This document shows, piece by piece, positions 1-8,405 of a DNA stretch of 64,000 bases (positions within the stretch are counted from its first letter, which is position 1; every line of letters starts with the position of its first letter). The DNA is taken from contig CAWURO010000013.1 of assembly GCA_963924815.1 (NCBI GenBank), positions 46,461 through 110,460 on the forward strand, written 5' to 3'. Position numbers and translations under genes: made by a program. This DNA is from an uncultured Bacteroidia bacterium (GTDB lineage Bacteria; Bacteroidota; Bacteroidia; NS11-12g; UBA9320). The notes below the pieces were generated by a model. The model made no database searches. It saw nothing but the letters and a program-made list of their open reading frames with translations, and had not been told where the DNA came from.

Positions 1-578
1 TAAAATGCTGCTTGACTCATACGTGTGAAAGCATCCTTAGTGATGTCAAAAGTTGTTTTGGCAGAGGATATTGCTTCGTCTACTTTAGAGGCATCTTCTA
101 TCAGTGTAAGGTGGTCCAAAAATATCTTCCACATGATTCCTAGTTTCTCACCATAGCATGAGTAAAAATGAAATTCCTCCAATGCACTTAAATTAGGATT
201 TTGCTTCAGCTGCTTATGTATTATAGCACCGCCTAGCGTACTCCCTTCAAATACGTAAAGTACTCCCATAAATGCCTCGTAATTTTCAATAGGGAATAGG
301 ATTTCACTTTCATTAGGAACCTTAATTCCTAGTAATGTGGCATCTTTAACTAGAGAATCTGTTTTTCTGCGTTGCTCTAGCATAAGCTCAGCAGGTAGGT
401 TAAATGGTAGGGAAGACCATTGCTTTTCAAATGTTTTATTGAGCACCAAATTACTCATAATAAGCTTTTTATACTCATCTAGAGTAAGTGTGCCACTCAT
501 TATCTGCCTACTATATCCCGCAGCTTCTATGTCCTAATGGTTTTGTTCAGTTTCAGTTTTTATACGTTCCGTTAACAT
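1..578 (-). pseudogene. Heme-oxygenase-like gene (HemO/BphO type) interrupted by an in-frame TAG. The 3' end lies at or just beyond the window edge.
   Basis: My own minus-strand translation starts at the ATG at 578 and reads MLTERIKTETEQNH, then TAG (536..534), then DIEAAGYSRQIMSGTLTLDEYKKL...YVFEGSTLGGAII...FHFYSCYG. The N-terminal L..R.K.ET...H helix and the EGS.LGG motif are typical of heme oxygenases. The ORF track misses it because of the internal stop and the edge truncation. Confidence 0.55.
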
Positions 579-654
579 ATTTATTTAGACTAAATTAAAA
601 TAGTTTTTAAGCTAATGAAAATTGTCATTATTTAAAGAATTCCTATGGAGTTAA

Positions 655-662
655 TATTTTTA
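655..662 (+). promoter_or_regulatory. Possible -7 promoter box (TATTTTTA, one mismatch to TAnnTTTG) a few nt upstream of the riboswitch
   Basis: Near-consensus Bacteroidota -7 element placed about 6-10 nt before the first riboswitch stem. Confidence 0.3.
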
Positions 663-667
663 CGCTA

Positions 668-836
668 TCATTGCATTGCACTTAGTCAAGGGAAGCGAGG
701 CGTAATTCCTCCACTGTACCCGCAGCTGTAATGTTCCGCTTAAAAGATTGGTAAATCTAAAAACCACTGTTCACTTAAACGAATGGGAAGGAAGCCAATT
801 TAGGAACTAAGTCAGAAGACCTACTAGATGCATTAA
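668..836 (+). promoter_or_regulatory. Cobalamin (B12) riboswitch
   Basis: Conserved blocks read directly from the sequence: AAGGGAAGC..GG.GUAAUUCC...ACUGUACCCGCAGCUGUAAUG (688..733), the B12-box-like AACCACUG (762..769), GGGAAGGAAGCC (785..796) and AAGUCAGAAGACCUAC (809..824). A closing stem is possible between UGCAU (672..676) and AUGCA (828..832). It sits directly upstream of a TonB-dependent receptor. Confidence 0.8.
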
Positions 837-943
837 AACTCAATAGCTTTCGGGAAAAAAAGCAGTAAGAGCCAGCAGTTTGTAGACTGACTTTTATATG
901 TATTCCATTGTTTTTGATTTTGTAACGGTTAAAAAATCAAAAA

Positions 944-2806
944 ATGCGCACAGCTCTAGCTGTCATATCGTTCATAGTTTCGAGCATGCTCTGCATTGCT
1001 CAGGTAGCTTTAGATAGTCTAAAAACTGAGCAATTAGACTCGGTAAGTATTAGCACGCTGGCATTGCGGATATCTCCCGAATATACGAGCGCTCTCATTT
1101 TTTCGCAAATTTATAAATCAAACCCAAGTCAGAATCTGGGTCAAATGCTGCAAAGAAATACGGGCGTTTTTGTTCGAAGCAACGGCGTATCTGGACTAAA
1201 TACGTGGTCTTACAAAGGATTAGGTAGTATGCAGAGTCCGCTTGTTATCAATGGAGCAAATATGCAAAGTAGCATGAACGGTGTTATGGATTTGAGTTTG
1301 ATTGATGCTATTCACTTTGATCAAGTATCCATCGGTGATAGTGATTACGATCAAAATGGTGCACAAAATATGGGGAGTGCCCTAGCACTCAAAATCAATT
1401 CTTCTTTACCCCAACTAAAAGTTACCGCAGAAGTTAGTAGTCAACAAGACAAAATTTTATCTGCGCTATATGCCAATTATACCAAACAATGGGAATACCG
1501 TGTTTCGGCTTTGGCTTCGGAGTCTCCCAACAGAGTTAACCTAAATCATTATGGTATGGATAGTTTTCAAGCGAATACAGACTATAAAAAAATAAGTTTG
1601 ATGCAGTCGGTATCACTCCATCTTAACCAAAAAGGTACCTGGGAGAATACTATTTATCTTCAGGCATCTGACAGGGCTATGCCGCCGCGCATCGGAGAAG
1701 TTAACTTTAGTCGTCAAGAAGATTTAAATCTAATGATGACCAATAGTTTTAGGCAGAATCTAGCCAAAAAATGGGAGGTAATCGTGCATAATCAACTATG
1801 GAAAGAGCAGATTAACTACCATGACGATAAACGAAAGGAATCATACCTTAGCGATGTTATAAATATCAATACTACGGCTTCAGGTATTAAAAAATGGGGT
1901 GACAAAACGGTACTTAAGCTGGTGCTCGGAAATGAAAATGCCTATTACACTTCGGCGGTGATCACGAATAATGCGCAATGGAATAGGTTACGACTGGCAA
2001 GTGTATTCTCTAAACAACTTAAGAAAATATCGCTATCAGCTCATCAGCAAGTATTGAACAATGCCCAAAAAATATACTATACAGGAGGTTTGAGCGGTAA
2101 GTTTAAGGCCCAACATATTGGGTTTAGTCTAAATAAAGTAGTTAGACTCCCTGTACTCAACGAGCTGTTTTGGTATCAACCGGGCTATGCCTTAGGTAAT
2201 CCTGATTTAAAACCAGAGAAAGGATACAAAGCAGATTTGGAGTTACGATATAATCCTTATGCACTAAGCATTAAATTAAATCCATTTTTGGGGGTTTTTC
2301 AAAACTGGATAAACTGGAGTGGTTATCCTGAAATTAAACCTGAAAATATTCAATCGGTCATAAGCAGGGGATTCGTTTTAAACGTAACCTACCGCAAGGT
2401 TATACATCGCAGTACCTTTGCCTTAATGTCTAACGTGAATTGGACCAAGTCGACGTATTATTTGGATAATAAGACTGACGCAAGACACGGTATGCAAATA
2501 CTATTTACGCCTCAGCTTACATCTAACCTAATGTTGAGTTTCCAGCGATCTAACTTCGGATTACACATCAATGAGCAATTTGTAAGTGCTACTTTCTACA
2601 CAAGCGATAATTCAGCTAGTCTTGATCCCTATTTCTTGACAGAAGCAGGTGGATATTGCCAACTGCGCCAGTGGAGAATAGGATTGCTCACCTCCAATAT
2701 GCTCAATACGCCGTATTACACGCAGCCAAGAACGCCGTTGCCAGGTAGAACGCTTAAAATAAACATCAATTATACTATACCCCTAAAATCATGGAAAGAA
2801 AAATAA
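944..2806 (+). CDS. btuB: TonB-dependent outer-membrane receptor, BtuB-like vitamin B12 transporter
   Basis: 620-aa ORF with a signal peptide, plug-like N-terminus and beta-barrel-like C-terminus. The size is BtuB-like and a cobalamin riboswitch precedes it. Confidence 0.8.
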   Translation: MRTALAVISFIVSSMLCIAQVALDSLKTEQLDSVSISTLALRISPEYTSALIFSQIYKSNPSQNLGQMLQRNTGVFVRSNGVSGLNTWSYKGLGSMQSPLVINGANMQSSMNGVMDLSLIDAIHFDQVSIGDSDYDQNGAQNMGSALALKINSSLPQLKVTAEVSSQQDKILSALYANYTKQWEYRVSALASESPNRVNLNHYGMDSFQANTDYKKISLMQSVSLHLNQKGTWENTIYLQASDRAMPPRIGEVNFSRQEDLNLMMTNSFRQNLAKKWEVIVHNQLWKEQINYHDDKRKESYLSDVININTTASGIKKWGDKTVLKLVLGNENAYYTSAVITNNAQWNRLRLASVFSKQLKKISLSAHQQVLNNAQKIYYTGGLSGKFKAQHIGFSLNKVVRLPVLNELFWYQPGYALGNPDLKPEKGYKADLELRYNPYALSIKLNPFLGVFQNWINWSGYPEIKPENIQSVISRGFVLNVTYRKVIHRSTFALMSNVNWTKSTYYLDNKTDARHGMQILFTPQLTSNLMLSFQRSNFGLHINEQFVSATFYTSDNSASLDPYFLTEAGGYCQLRQWRIGLLTSNMLNTPYYTQPRTPLPGRTLKININYTIPLKSWKEK

Positions 2807-4461
2807 TAACCTTACTTGCAATTATTGCAGCCTCGTTCACCTTTGCGCAGTTTCCCCATACGCGTGTATATTCTACGTTTGATAATTTGCCTTTAACCCA
2901 GTCAGATACCTTTAATAATGGTGCAGATAGAAGTGGTGGCTTTACCCATTATGGTCGTTTTTTTAATAATGAATATGATACGACTTGGGCCAGCTGGAGT
3001 GGTTGGGCGTTGAGTAATAGAATAGATGCTACCACTGCCGGTTATGAAAATCAATTTAGCGCAATTCCAGGTCATGGCGTTAGTTATACCTCTAATTATA
3101 TGATATCTACTGGAAACGGAGCCTACATCAAATTAGACTCTGCGGGGGAGATTTCTGGAGCTTATTTCACCAATACTACCTATGCCTATTACGATATGAA
3201 AAATGGTAGTGGCTTTAGTAAGCAATTTGGAGGAGTTTCAGGCAACGACGCAGACTACTTTAAACTCATTATTAAAGGCTTTTTGTCTGGAAGTGAAGTG
3301 AGTTCGGTTGATTTTTACCTTGCAGATTTTAGAAATGCAGATAATTCAAAAGATTATATTTTGGATGATTGGACGTTTGTTGATTTTAATAATGATGGCT
3401 ACAACGATGTTTTAGTAGATAGTATATCGTTTAGTTATGAGAGCTCTGACGTAGGTCAATTTGGTATGAACACGCCTGCTTATTTTGGGATGGATGATTT
3501 TAACAGTATTTCAGATTTTAATGCGGATGGTATAGATTTTCCGATCTTGACTGAGGATACGTATGATAATGGTGCAGATGGTGCCGGAGGATTTAAGGTA
3601 AGTCATTTGTTCTATCCTAATACCTATAATGCCGATTGGCAATCATGGGAAGGTTGGAGTATAAGTACGCAATATGACGATACTACTGCAGGATATGAAA
3701 ATCAATATTCCTCTGTATCGCCGATAATGTATTCTACAGGGGATTGGATAAATCATGATTTTCATTTTGTGAATAGTGGGGTTACTAATGAAATAAGAAC
3801 CCCGTATAAGCTTTATGGCGAGGAAGAAAATATTTATGGTCTTACAAGAATGCCAACAGCAGTTAGTTTTGGAATTACCAATTCTACCTATGCTTATTTG
3901 GATATGTTAAACGGAAGTTCCTTCAGTAAAAAGTTTGGAGGTTTGGATGGCAATGATCCTGATTATTTTAGGCTTTTAATCAATAGCGTAAATAATAAAA
4001 ATGAAGTGGTGTTTCAGGATACCGTTTATCTAGCAGATTTCAGATTTTTGGACAACACGAAGGACTTTATTTTAAAAGAATGGGAATATGCAGAAATTAG
4101 ATCTTGTGATAAGATTACGTTTGAATTACAATCGAGCGATGTTGGTTTCTTTGGTATGAATACGCCAGCATATTTCTGTATGCAACTATGGCAACTCTTT
4201 GTTGGAATAGAAAATAGGGAGGAAAAAGCGAACCTCCAACTTTACCCTAATCCGGTGTTGAGTGACATGAGCATAATGGCGGACGATAGAATAGAAACTG
4301 TTGCCGTTTTTAGCTTGGATGGAAAACAATTAGATTTAGCAAATAGTCACATTTCTCCTAAAATAGTTGATATAAATACCCAAAACCTTGTTCCGGGTAT
4401 TTACGTTGTTCGCGTGCAAACAGAAAAAGGAATAGCCACTAAGAAATTTATAAAACAATGA
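2791..4461 (+). CDS. Secreted protein with two tandem DUF4465-like domains and a T9SS type A C-terminal sorting domain
   Basis: It has a signal peptide. Two paralogous halves of about 210 aa share NGAD..GGF, W.SW.GW..S, DTTAGYENQ.S, N.TYAY.DM.NGS.FSK.FGG..GND.DYF.L, YLADFR and SSDVG.FGMNTPAYF. The C-terminus has LYPNP...GIYVVRV. It overlaps btuB by 16 nt. Confidence 0.7.
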   Translation: MERKIITLLAIIAASFTFAQFPHTRVYSTFDNLPLTQSDTFNNGADRSGGFTHYGRFFNNEYDTTWASWSGWALSNRIDATTAGYENQFSAIPGHGVSYTSNYMISTGNGAYIKLDSAGEISGAYFTNTTYAYYDMKNGSGFSKQFGGVSGNDADYFKLIIKGFLSGSEVSSVDFYLADFRNADNSKDYILDDWTFVDFNNDGYNDVLVDSISFSYESSDVGQFGMNTPAYFGMDDFNSISDFNADGIDFPILTEDTYDNGADGAGGFKVSHLFYPNTYNADWQSWEGWSISTQYDDTTAGYENQYSSVSPIMYSTGDWINHDFHFVNSGVTNEIRTPYKLYGEEENIYGLTRMPTAVSFGITNSTYAYLDMLNGSSFSKKFGGLDGNDPDYFRLLINSVNNKNEVVFQDTVYLADFRFLDNTKDFILKEWEYAEIRSCDKITFELQSSDVGFFGMNTPAYFCMQLWQLFVGIENREEKANLQLYPNPVLSDMSIMADDRIETVAVFSLDGKQLDLANSHISPKIVDINTQNLVPGIYVVRVQTEKGIATKKFIKQ

Positions 4462-5396
4462 GAATCATTGCGCTAGCATGTTTATTCTCTGGTACATTGG
4501 GTTTTGCGCAATTTGATCCCGCTGGAGGTGAGTCAGGCAGTAGGTCTGTACATAAGGATGCCAATAGCATTGTTGCATGGGCTACTGGAGCTGTGCTAGA
4601 ACTCGGGTATGTGCAAGTAAATGACACCGCGCTGGGAAAACCTACGGTAGGTGATGTTTCGAGTGCGTTGGGTCCTTTTAATGGAGATATAGTAAGCTTG
4701 GGTGATGGCGGTGTGATTACACTTTCGTTTGATAATCCGATACTAAATAATGAAGGATTTGATTTTGCTGTTTTTGAAAATGGTTTTAAAGTAGGTTTGA
4801 GTTATTACCTAGAGTTAGCCCATGTTGAAGTGAGCGAAGACGGCGTAAATTTTATTCGTTTTCCGAGTGAGAGCCTTACCGATACAGGTTTTCAAACCGA
4901 TAATTTCGGCTATATAGAACCCGAAAAAATCTATAACCTAGCTGGCAAACATCAAGCGCCTTATGGCACCTTATTCGATTTGCAAGAAGTAGGATTAAAC
5001 CAAATAAATTATGTAAGACTGATAGACGTAGTAGGCAGTGTAAACGATAGTTTTGGTACGCGAGATAGCAAAGGAAGACTGATAAACGATCCGTTTCCTT
5101 CTCCGTTTCCAAGCTGTGGATTTGATTTGGATGCCGTAGCAGTGGTCAACGGAACGCTACTAAAACGAGAAGAACTGAGGCTAAATCAAGTTAAGATATA
5201 TCCCAGTTTAGCCTACTGCAATGAATCTATAAAAATAAAGAATTTAGAAGGTTTTACAGCCAGTATTTACAATGAACAAGGTGATTTGATAAACGAAACG
5301 CAATCATCTGAAGTATCGTTTGCCCAAGCTGGTCTGTATCTTATACACGTAAAGGTAGGTCAGAAAACATTCACCCAAAAGGTAGTGGTTAGGTAA
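4458..5396 (+). CDS. Secreted cell-surface protein of unknown function with a T9SS C-terminal sorting domain
   Basis: Signal peptide (…GFAQ). ATGA overlap with the upstream gene. The C-terminal roughly 80 aa (IYPS...GLYLIHVKVGQKTFTQKVVVR) is CTD-like. Confidence 0.65.
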   Translation: MRIIALACLFSGTLGFAQFDPAGGESGSRSVHKDANSIVAWATGAVLELGYVQVNDTALGKPTVGDVSSALGPFNGDIVSLGDGGVITLSFDNPILNNEGFDFAVFENGFKVGLSYYLELAHVEVSEDGVNFIRFPSESLTDTGFQTDNFGYIEPEKIYNLAGKHQAPYGTLFDLQEVGLNQINYVRLIDVVGSVNDSFGTRDSKGRLINDPFPSPFPSCGFDLDAVAVVNGTLLKREELRLNQVKIYPSLAYCNESIKIKNLEGFTASIYNEQGDLINETQSSEVSFAQAGLYLIHVKVGQKTFTQKVVVR

Positions 5397-5399
5397 GAT

Positions 5400-6452
5400 A
5401 TGAGCGCACAACTAATCATTAAAAATTGCCTTAAAGTACTGTTAATATCCGGTATAGCGTGGTTACCAAGCTGTAAAGACAAAACGCCAGATCCTGTTCT
5501 TATTGTTAGAGATACTACTGCCAATAGCCGAGAAGTACTCATTGCAAATCAAGGAAATTTTGGTTGGGGGGAAGGAACGCTTTCATTGTATGAAGCATAT
5601 AGCAAAACCGTACAAAACGATATCTATAAAACCATTAACCAAGAGTCACTAGGGAATGTATTCCAGTCTGTGAGTCGTCTCGGTGAAAACTACTATTTCG
5701 TAATCAATAATTCAGGAAAAATAGTGGTTACAGATACCGAATTTACAAAAAAAGTAGAGATAAATGGGTTCAATTCTCCTCGGTATTTGTATGAAGTGCA
5801 ACCAGGTAAAGCCTACGTTACTGATTTATATGCCAAGGCGATAGCTATTGTGAATTTAACCACGAATACCATTACGGGTAGTATTCCTACGGGTACGTTT
5901 ACAGACAAAGGGGTTCTTCGGAATGGAATTTTTTGGTGTACAGCTCCAGATGCAGACAAGATTTATGGTATAAATGTGCTCACAGATGCCTTGGTGGATA
6001 GTTTTTCTACGGGTGTAAACCCAGATGGAATCGTTGTTGACAAGAATAATTACATTAGAATACTGTGCAAAGGCGGAGGCGCAACCAATGACTTGCCTAA
6101 ACTAATGTCATTTACGGAGGCTAATGGACAAAAGTATCCAGTAGGATATGTATTAAGTCCTACTCCGACAGGCTTAGCCTATAACTCAAATCTAGATATA
6201 CTGTATTTCTGCACCGAAAAAGGTATATGGAGAGGCATTGGTGATATGCAAACAGGCAGTGCACAATTATGGATAGAAGCCGAGGGAGCAATCTTTTATG
6301 CGATAGGTATTGATCCTAAAAACGGGGATATTTATGTATCTGACGTAAAAGACTTCGTTTCTAAAAGTGCAGTTAAACGGTATTCATCAGATGGTATTCT
6401 TTTGGACGAGTTTACCGTTGGAATTATCGCAGGCGATTTCTTTTTTCCTTAG
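5400..6452 (+). CDS. Beta-propeller lipoprotein (YncE/DUF5074-like); candidate BtuG-type surface B12-binding protein
   Basis: Lipobox LPSC. The NQGNFGWGEGTLSLY motif and repeated blade-like segments are present. It starts 3 nt after the previous stop, inside the riboswitch-led operon. Confidence 0.6.
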   Translation: MSAQLIIKNCLKVLLISGIAWLPSCKDKTPDPVLIVRDTTANSREVLIANQGNFGWGEGTLSLYEAYSKTVQNDIYKTINQESLGNVFQSVSRLGENYYFVINNSGKIVVTDTEFTKKVEINGFNSPRYLYEVQPGKAYVTDLYAKAIAIVNLTTNTITGSIPTGTFTDKGVLRNGIFWCTAPDADKIYGINVLTDALVDSFSTGVNPDGIVVDKNNYIRILCKGGGATNDLPKLMSFTEANGQKYPVGYVLSPTPTGLAYNSNLDILYFCTEKGIWRGIGDMQTGSAQLWIEAEGAIFYAIGIDPKNGDIYVSDVKDFVSKSAVKRYSSDGILLDEFTVGIIAGDFFFP

Positions 6453-6482
6453 GTTTATCTCGGTACGATTATCTTCGCAGCT

Positions 6483-8300
6483 GTGTTAAAGTTTAAAGAC
6501 ATTTTTAAATTAGCCCGTCCTTACCGATTACAACTGCAACTTTTCTTTGGTTTCAATGTATTTGCGGCTCTTTTTAATGTAGTGAGCATTGGTGTTATTA
6601 TCCCTTTCTTAAAGGTTATCTTTAAAGAGAATATCAATGACCTTACACCGGTAGAACTTACGTCTAACACAGAAACATGGCTTGCCTATTTTGATTACCA
6701 AACCAGTGTAAAAATTGCGGAATGGGGTCAGTCTCAAACGCTTATTTACTTTTCAATTGGGTTGGTGTTGGCTTTTTTACTCAAAAATTTATTTGTCTAT
6801 CTCTCGTTTTACAACCTCGCCTTTATTCGAAGTGCGGTGGTCCGTGATATTAGAGAACGCTTATATAACCACATACTTAGATTACCCATCGGTTATTTTA
6901 ATAAGGAAAAAAGAGGCGACACACTTTCGCGTTTTACCAATGACGTAAAAGAAGTAGAATGGAGTTTATTAGGCGTTATTGAGCTTTATTTTAAACATCC
7001 GATAGCGATTCTTATACCGCTTGTTACCATGTTTATTATGAGTTATCAGCTTACCCTTTTTGTGCTTATTGTATTGCCTGTAAGTGGCTATTTGATTAGT
7101 AGAATTGGTAAAAAGCTCAAAGCAGCTGCGCAGGCAGGACAAGAAAAACTAGCCGACGTACTCTCGCATTTAGAAGAAAGCTTACACGGCATTAAAATCA
7201 TCAAAGCCTTTGGTGCCATCAAAGAAAAAGAGAGCGGGTTTAAAAAACAAAATGACGATCACTTCCGCTTGATGGTAAAGGTAAACAGAAAAGAACTTTT
7301 GGCGTCTCCCTTGAGTGAGTTTATGAGCAGTATAGTCATTGCGAGTTTACTGATATATACCGGAACGCTTATATTAAACAAGGATTCAGCTCTTACAGGC
7401 TCGTTCCTAATTGCATATATTGCCATTTTTAGTCAACTTATTCCTCCCGCTAAAGGGGTTACAGAAGCTTTTTTTAGACTAAAAAAAGGAGCAGCTTCTT
7501 TGGATAGAATCAATGACGTGTTGATGGCTGAAACCGAAAAAGATACCAACGGTATTCCTGCGCCTTCATTTTCAAACGAAATAAAGCTGAGTAACGTAAA
7601 TTTCGGGTATGGAGACGGTCCTTTGGTACTCAAGGATATCAATCTTACCATTAAAAAAGGGGAGAGGGTAGCCTTGGTGGGTTCAAGTGGCGGAGGTAAA
7701 TCTACCTTAGCCGATTTAATCCCAAGGTTTCATGAGCTCAAAAGTGGTTCAATCACCATTGACGGACAAGATATTGCGGCCATGGACCTAAAATCATTAC
7801 GTAAGATGATGGGCATTGTAACACAAGACGCCATCCTTTTTAACGATACGGCTGCCAATAATATTAAAATGGGCGATTCCTATATAAGCGGCGATCAATT
7901 AATGAATGCGGCTAAAATAGCCAATGCGCATCAATTTATCCGTGAAATGCCAGAGAGTTATAACACCAACTTGGGCGAAAAAGGCAGTAACTTGAGCGGT
8001 GGCCAGCGTCAGCGAATGAGTATAGCGCGTGCCGTGGTTTCTGAACCTCCTATTTTGATCTTGGATGAAGCAACCAGTGCTTTAGATACGGAGAGCGAAA
8101 AAATGGTGCAAGAAGCGTTAGAACAAGTGATGCAAAATCGTACGAGCATTGTTATAGCGCATAGGCTTAGTACCATACAAAGTGCGGATAAAATAGTGGT
8201 TCTAGACAAAGGTCAAATCACCGAACAAGGCACCCATGCAGAACTAATGGCTGCTGGTGGTATTTATAAAAAACTGGTCGATTTACAGACATTTGATTAG
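6483..8300 (+). CDS. ABC exporter, fused permease and ATPase (MsbA-like)
   Basis: 605 aa with a six-TM-type N-terminal half, Walker A GSSGGGKST, signature LSGGQRQR and Walker B ILILDEATSALD. GTG start. Confidence 0.85.
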   Translation: MLKFKDIFKLARPYRLQLQLFFGFNVFAALFNVVSIGVIIPFLKVIFKENINDLTPVELTSNTETWLAYFDYQTSVKIAEWGQSQTLIYFSIGLVLAFLLKNLFVYLSFYNLAFIRSAVVRDIRERLYNHILRLPIGYFNKEKRGDTLSRFTNDVKEVEWSLLGVIELYFKHPIAILIPLVTMFIMSYQLTLFVLIVLPVSGYLISRIGKKLKAAAQAGQEKLADVLSHLEESLHGIKIIKAFGAIKEKESGFKKQNDDHFRLMVKVNRKELLASPLSEFMSSIVIASLLIYTGTLILNKDSALTGSFLIAYIAIFSQLIPPAKGVTEAFFRLKKGAASLDRINDVLMAETEKDTNGIPAPSFSNEIKLSNVNFGYGDGPLVLKDINLTIKKGERVALVGSSGGGKSTLADLIPRFHELKSGSITIDGQDIAAMDLKSLRKMMGIVTQDAILFNDTAANNIKMGDSYISGDQLMNAAKIANAHQFIREMPESYNTNLGEKGSNLSGGQRQRMSIARAVVSEPPILILDEATSALDTESEKMVQEALEQVMQNRTSIVIAHRLSTIQSADKIVVLDKGQITEQGTHAELMAAGGIYKKLVDLQTFD

Positions 8301-8349
8301 CGCATAGCTTCCTTACATCTTTTATGTAGGTAACCTTCCTATAATCCAA

Positions 8350-8379
8350 TTGCCTTTGAAAATTAAATACATAAATTTG
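8350..8379 (+). promoter_or_regulatory. Bacteroidota-type promoter: -33 TTG and -7 TAAATTTG
   Basis: TTG at 8350..8352 and TAAATTTG at 8372..8379 with 19 nt spacing, 26 nt upstream of the fbaA ATG. Confidence 0.5.
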
Positions 8380-8405
8380 CGCCTTACAAAACCTAAAAAA
8401 GAATA

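Noticed and set aside
337-537. 66-aa plus-strand ORF from the track
   Set aside because: It lies antisense to the much longer heme-oxygenase-like reading frame, has a low-complexity Ser/Leu composition, and has no recognisable start context.
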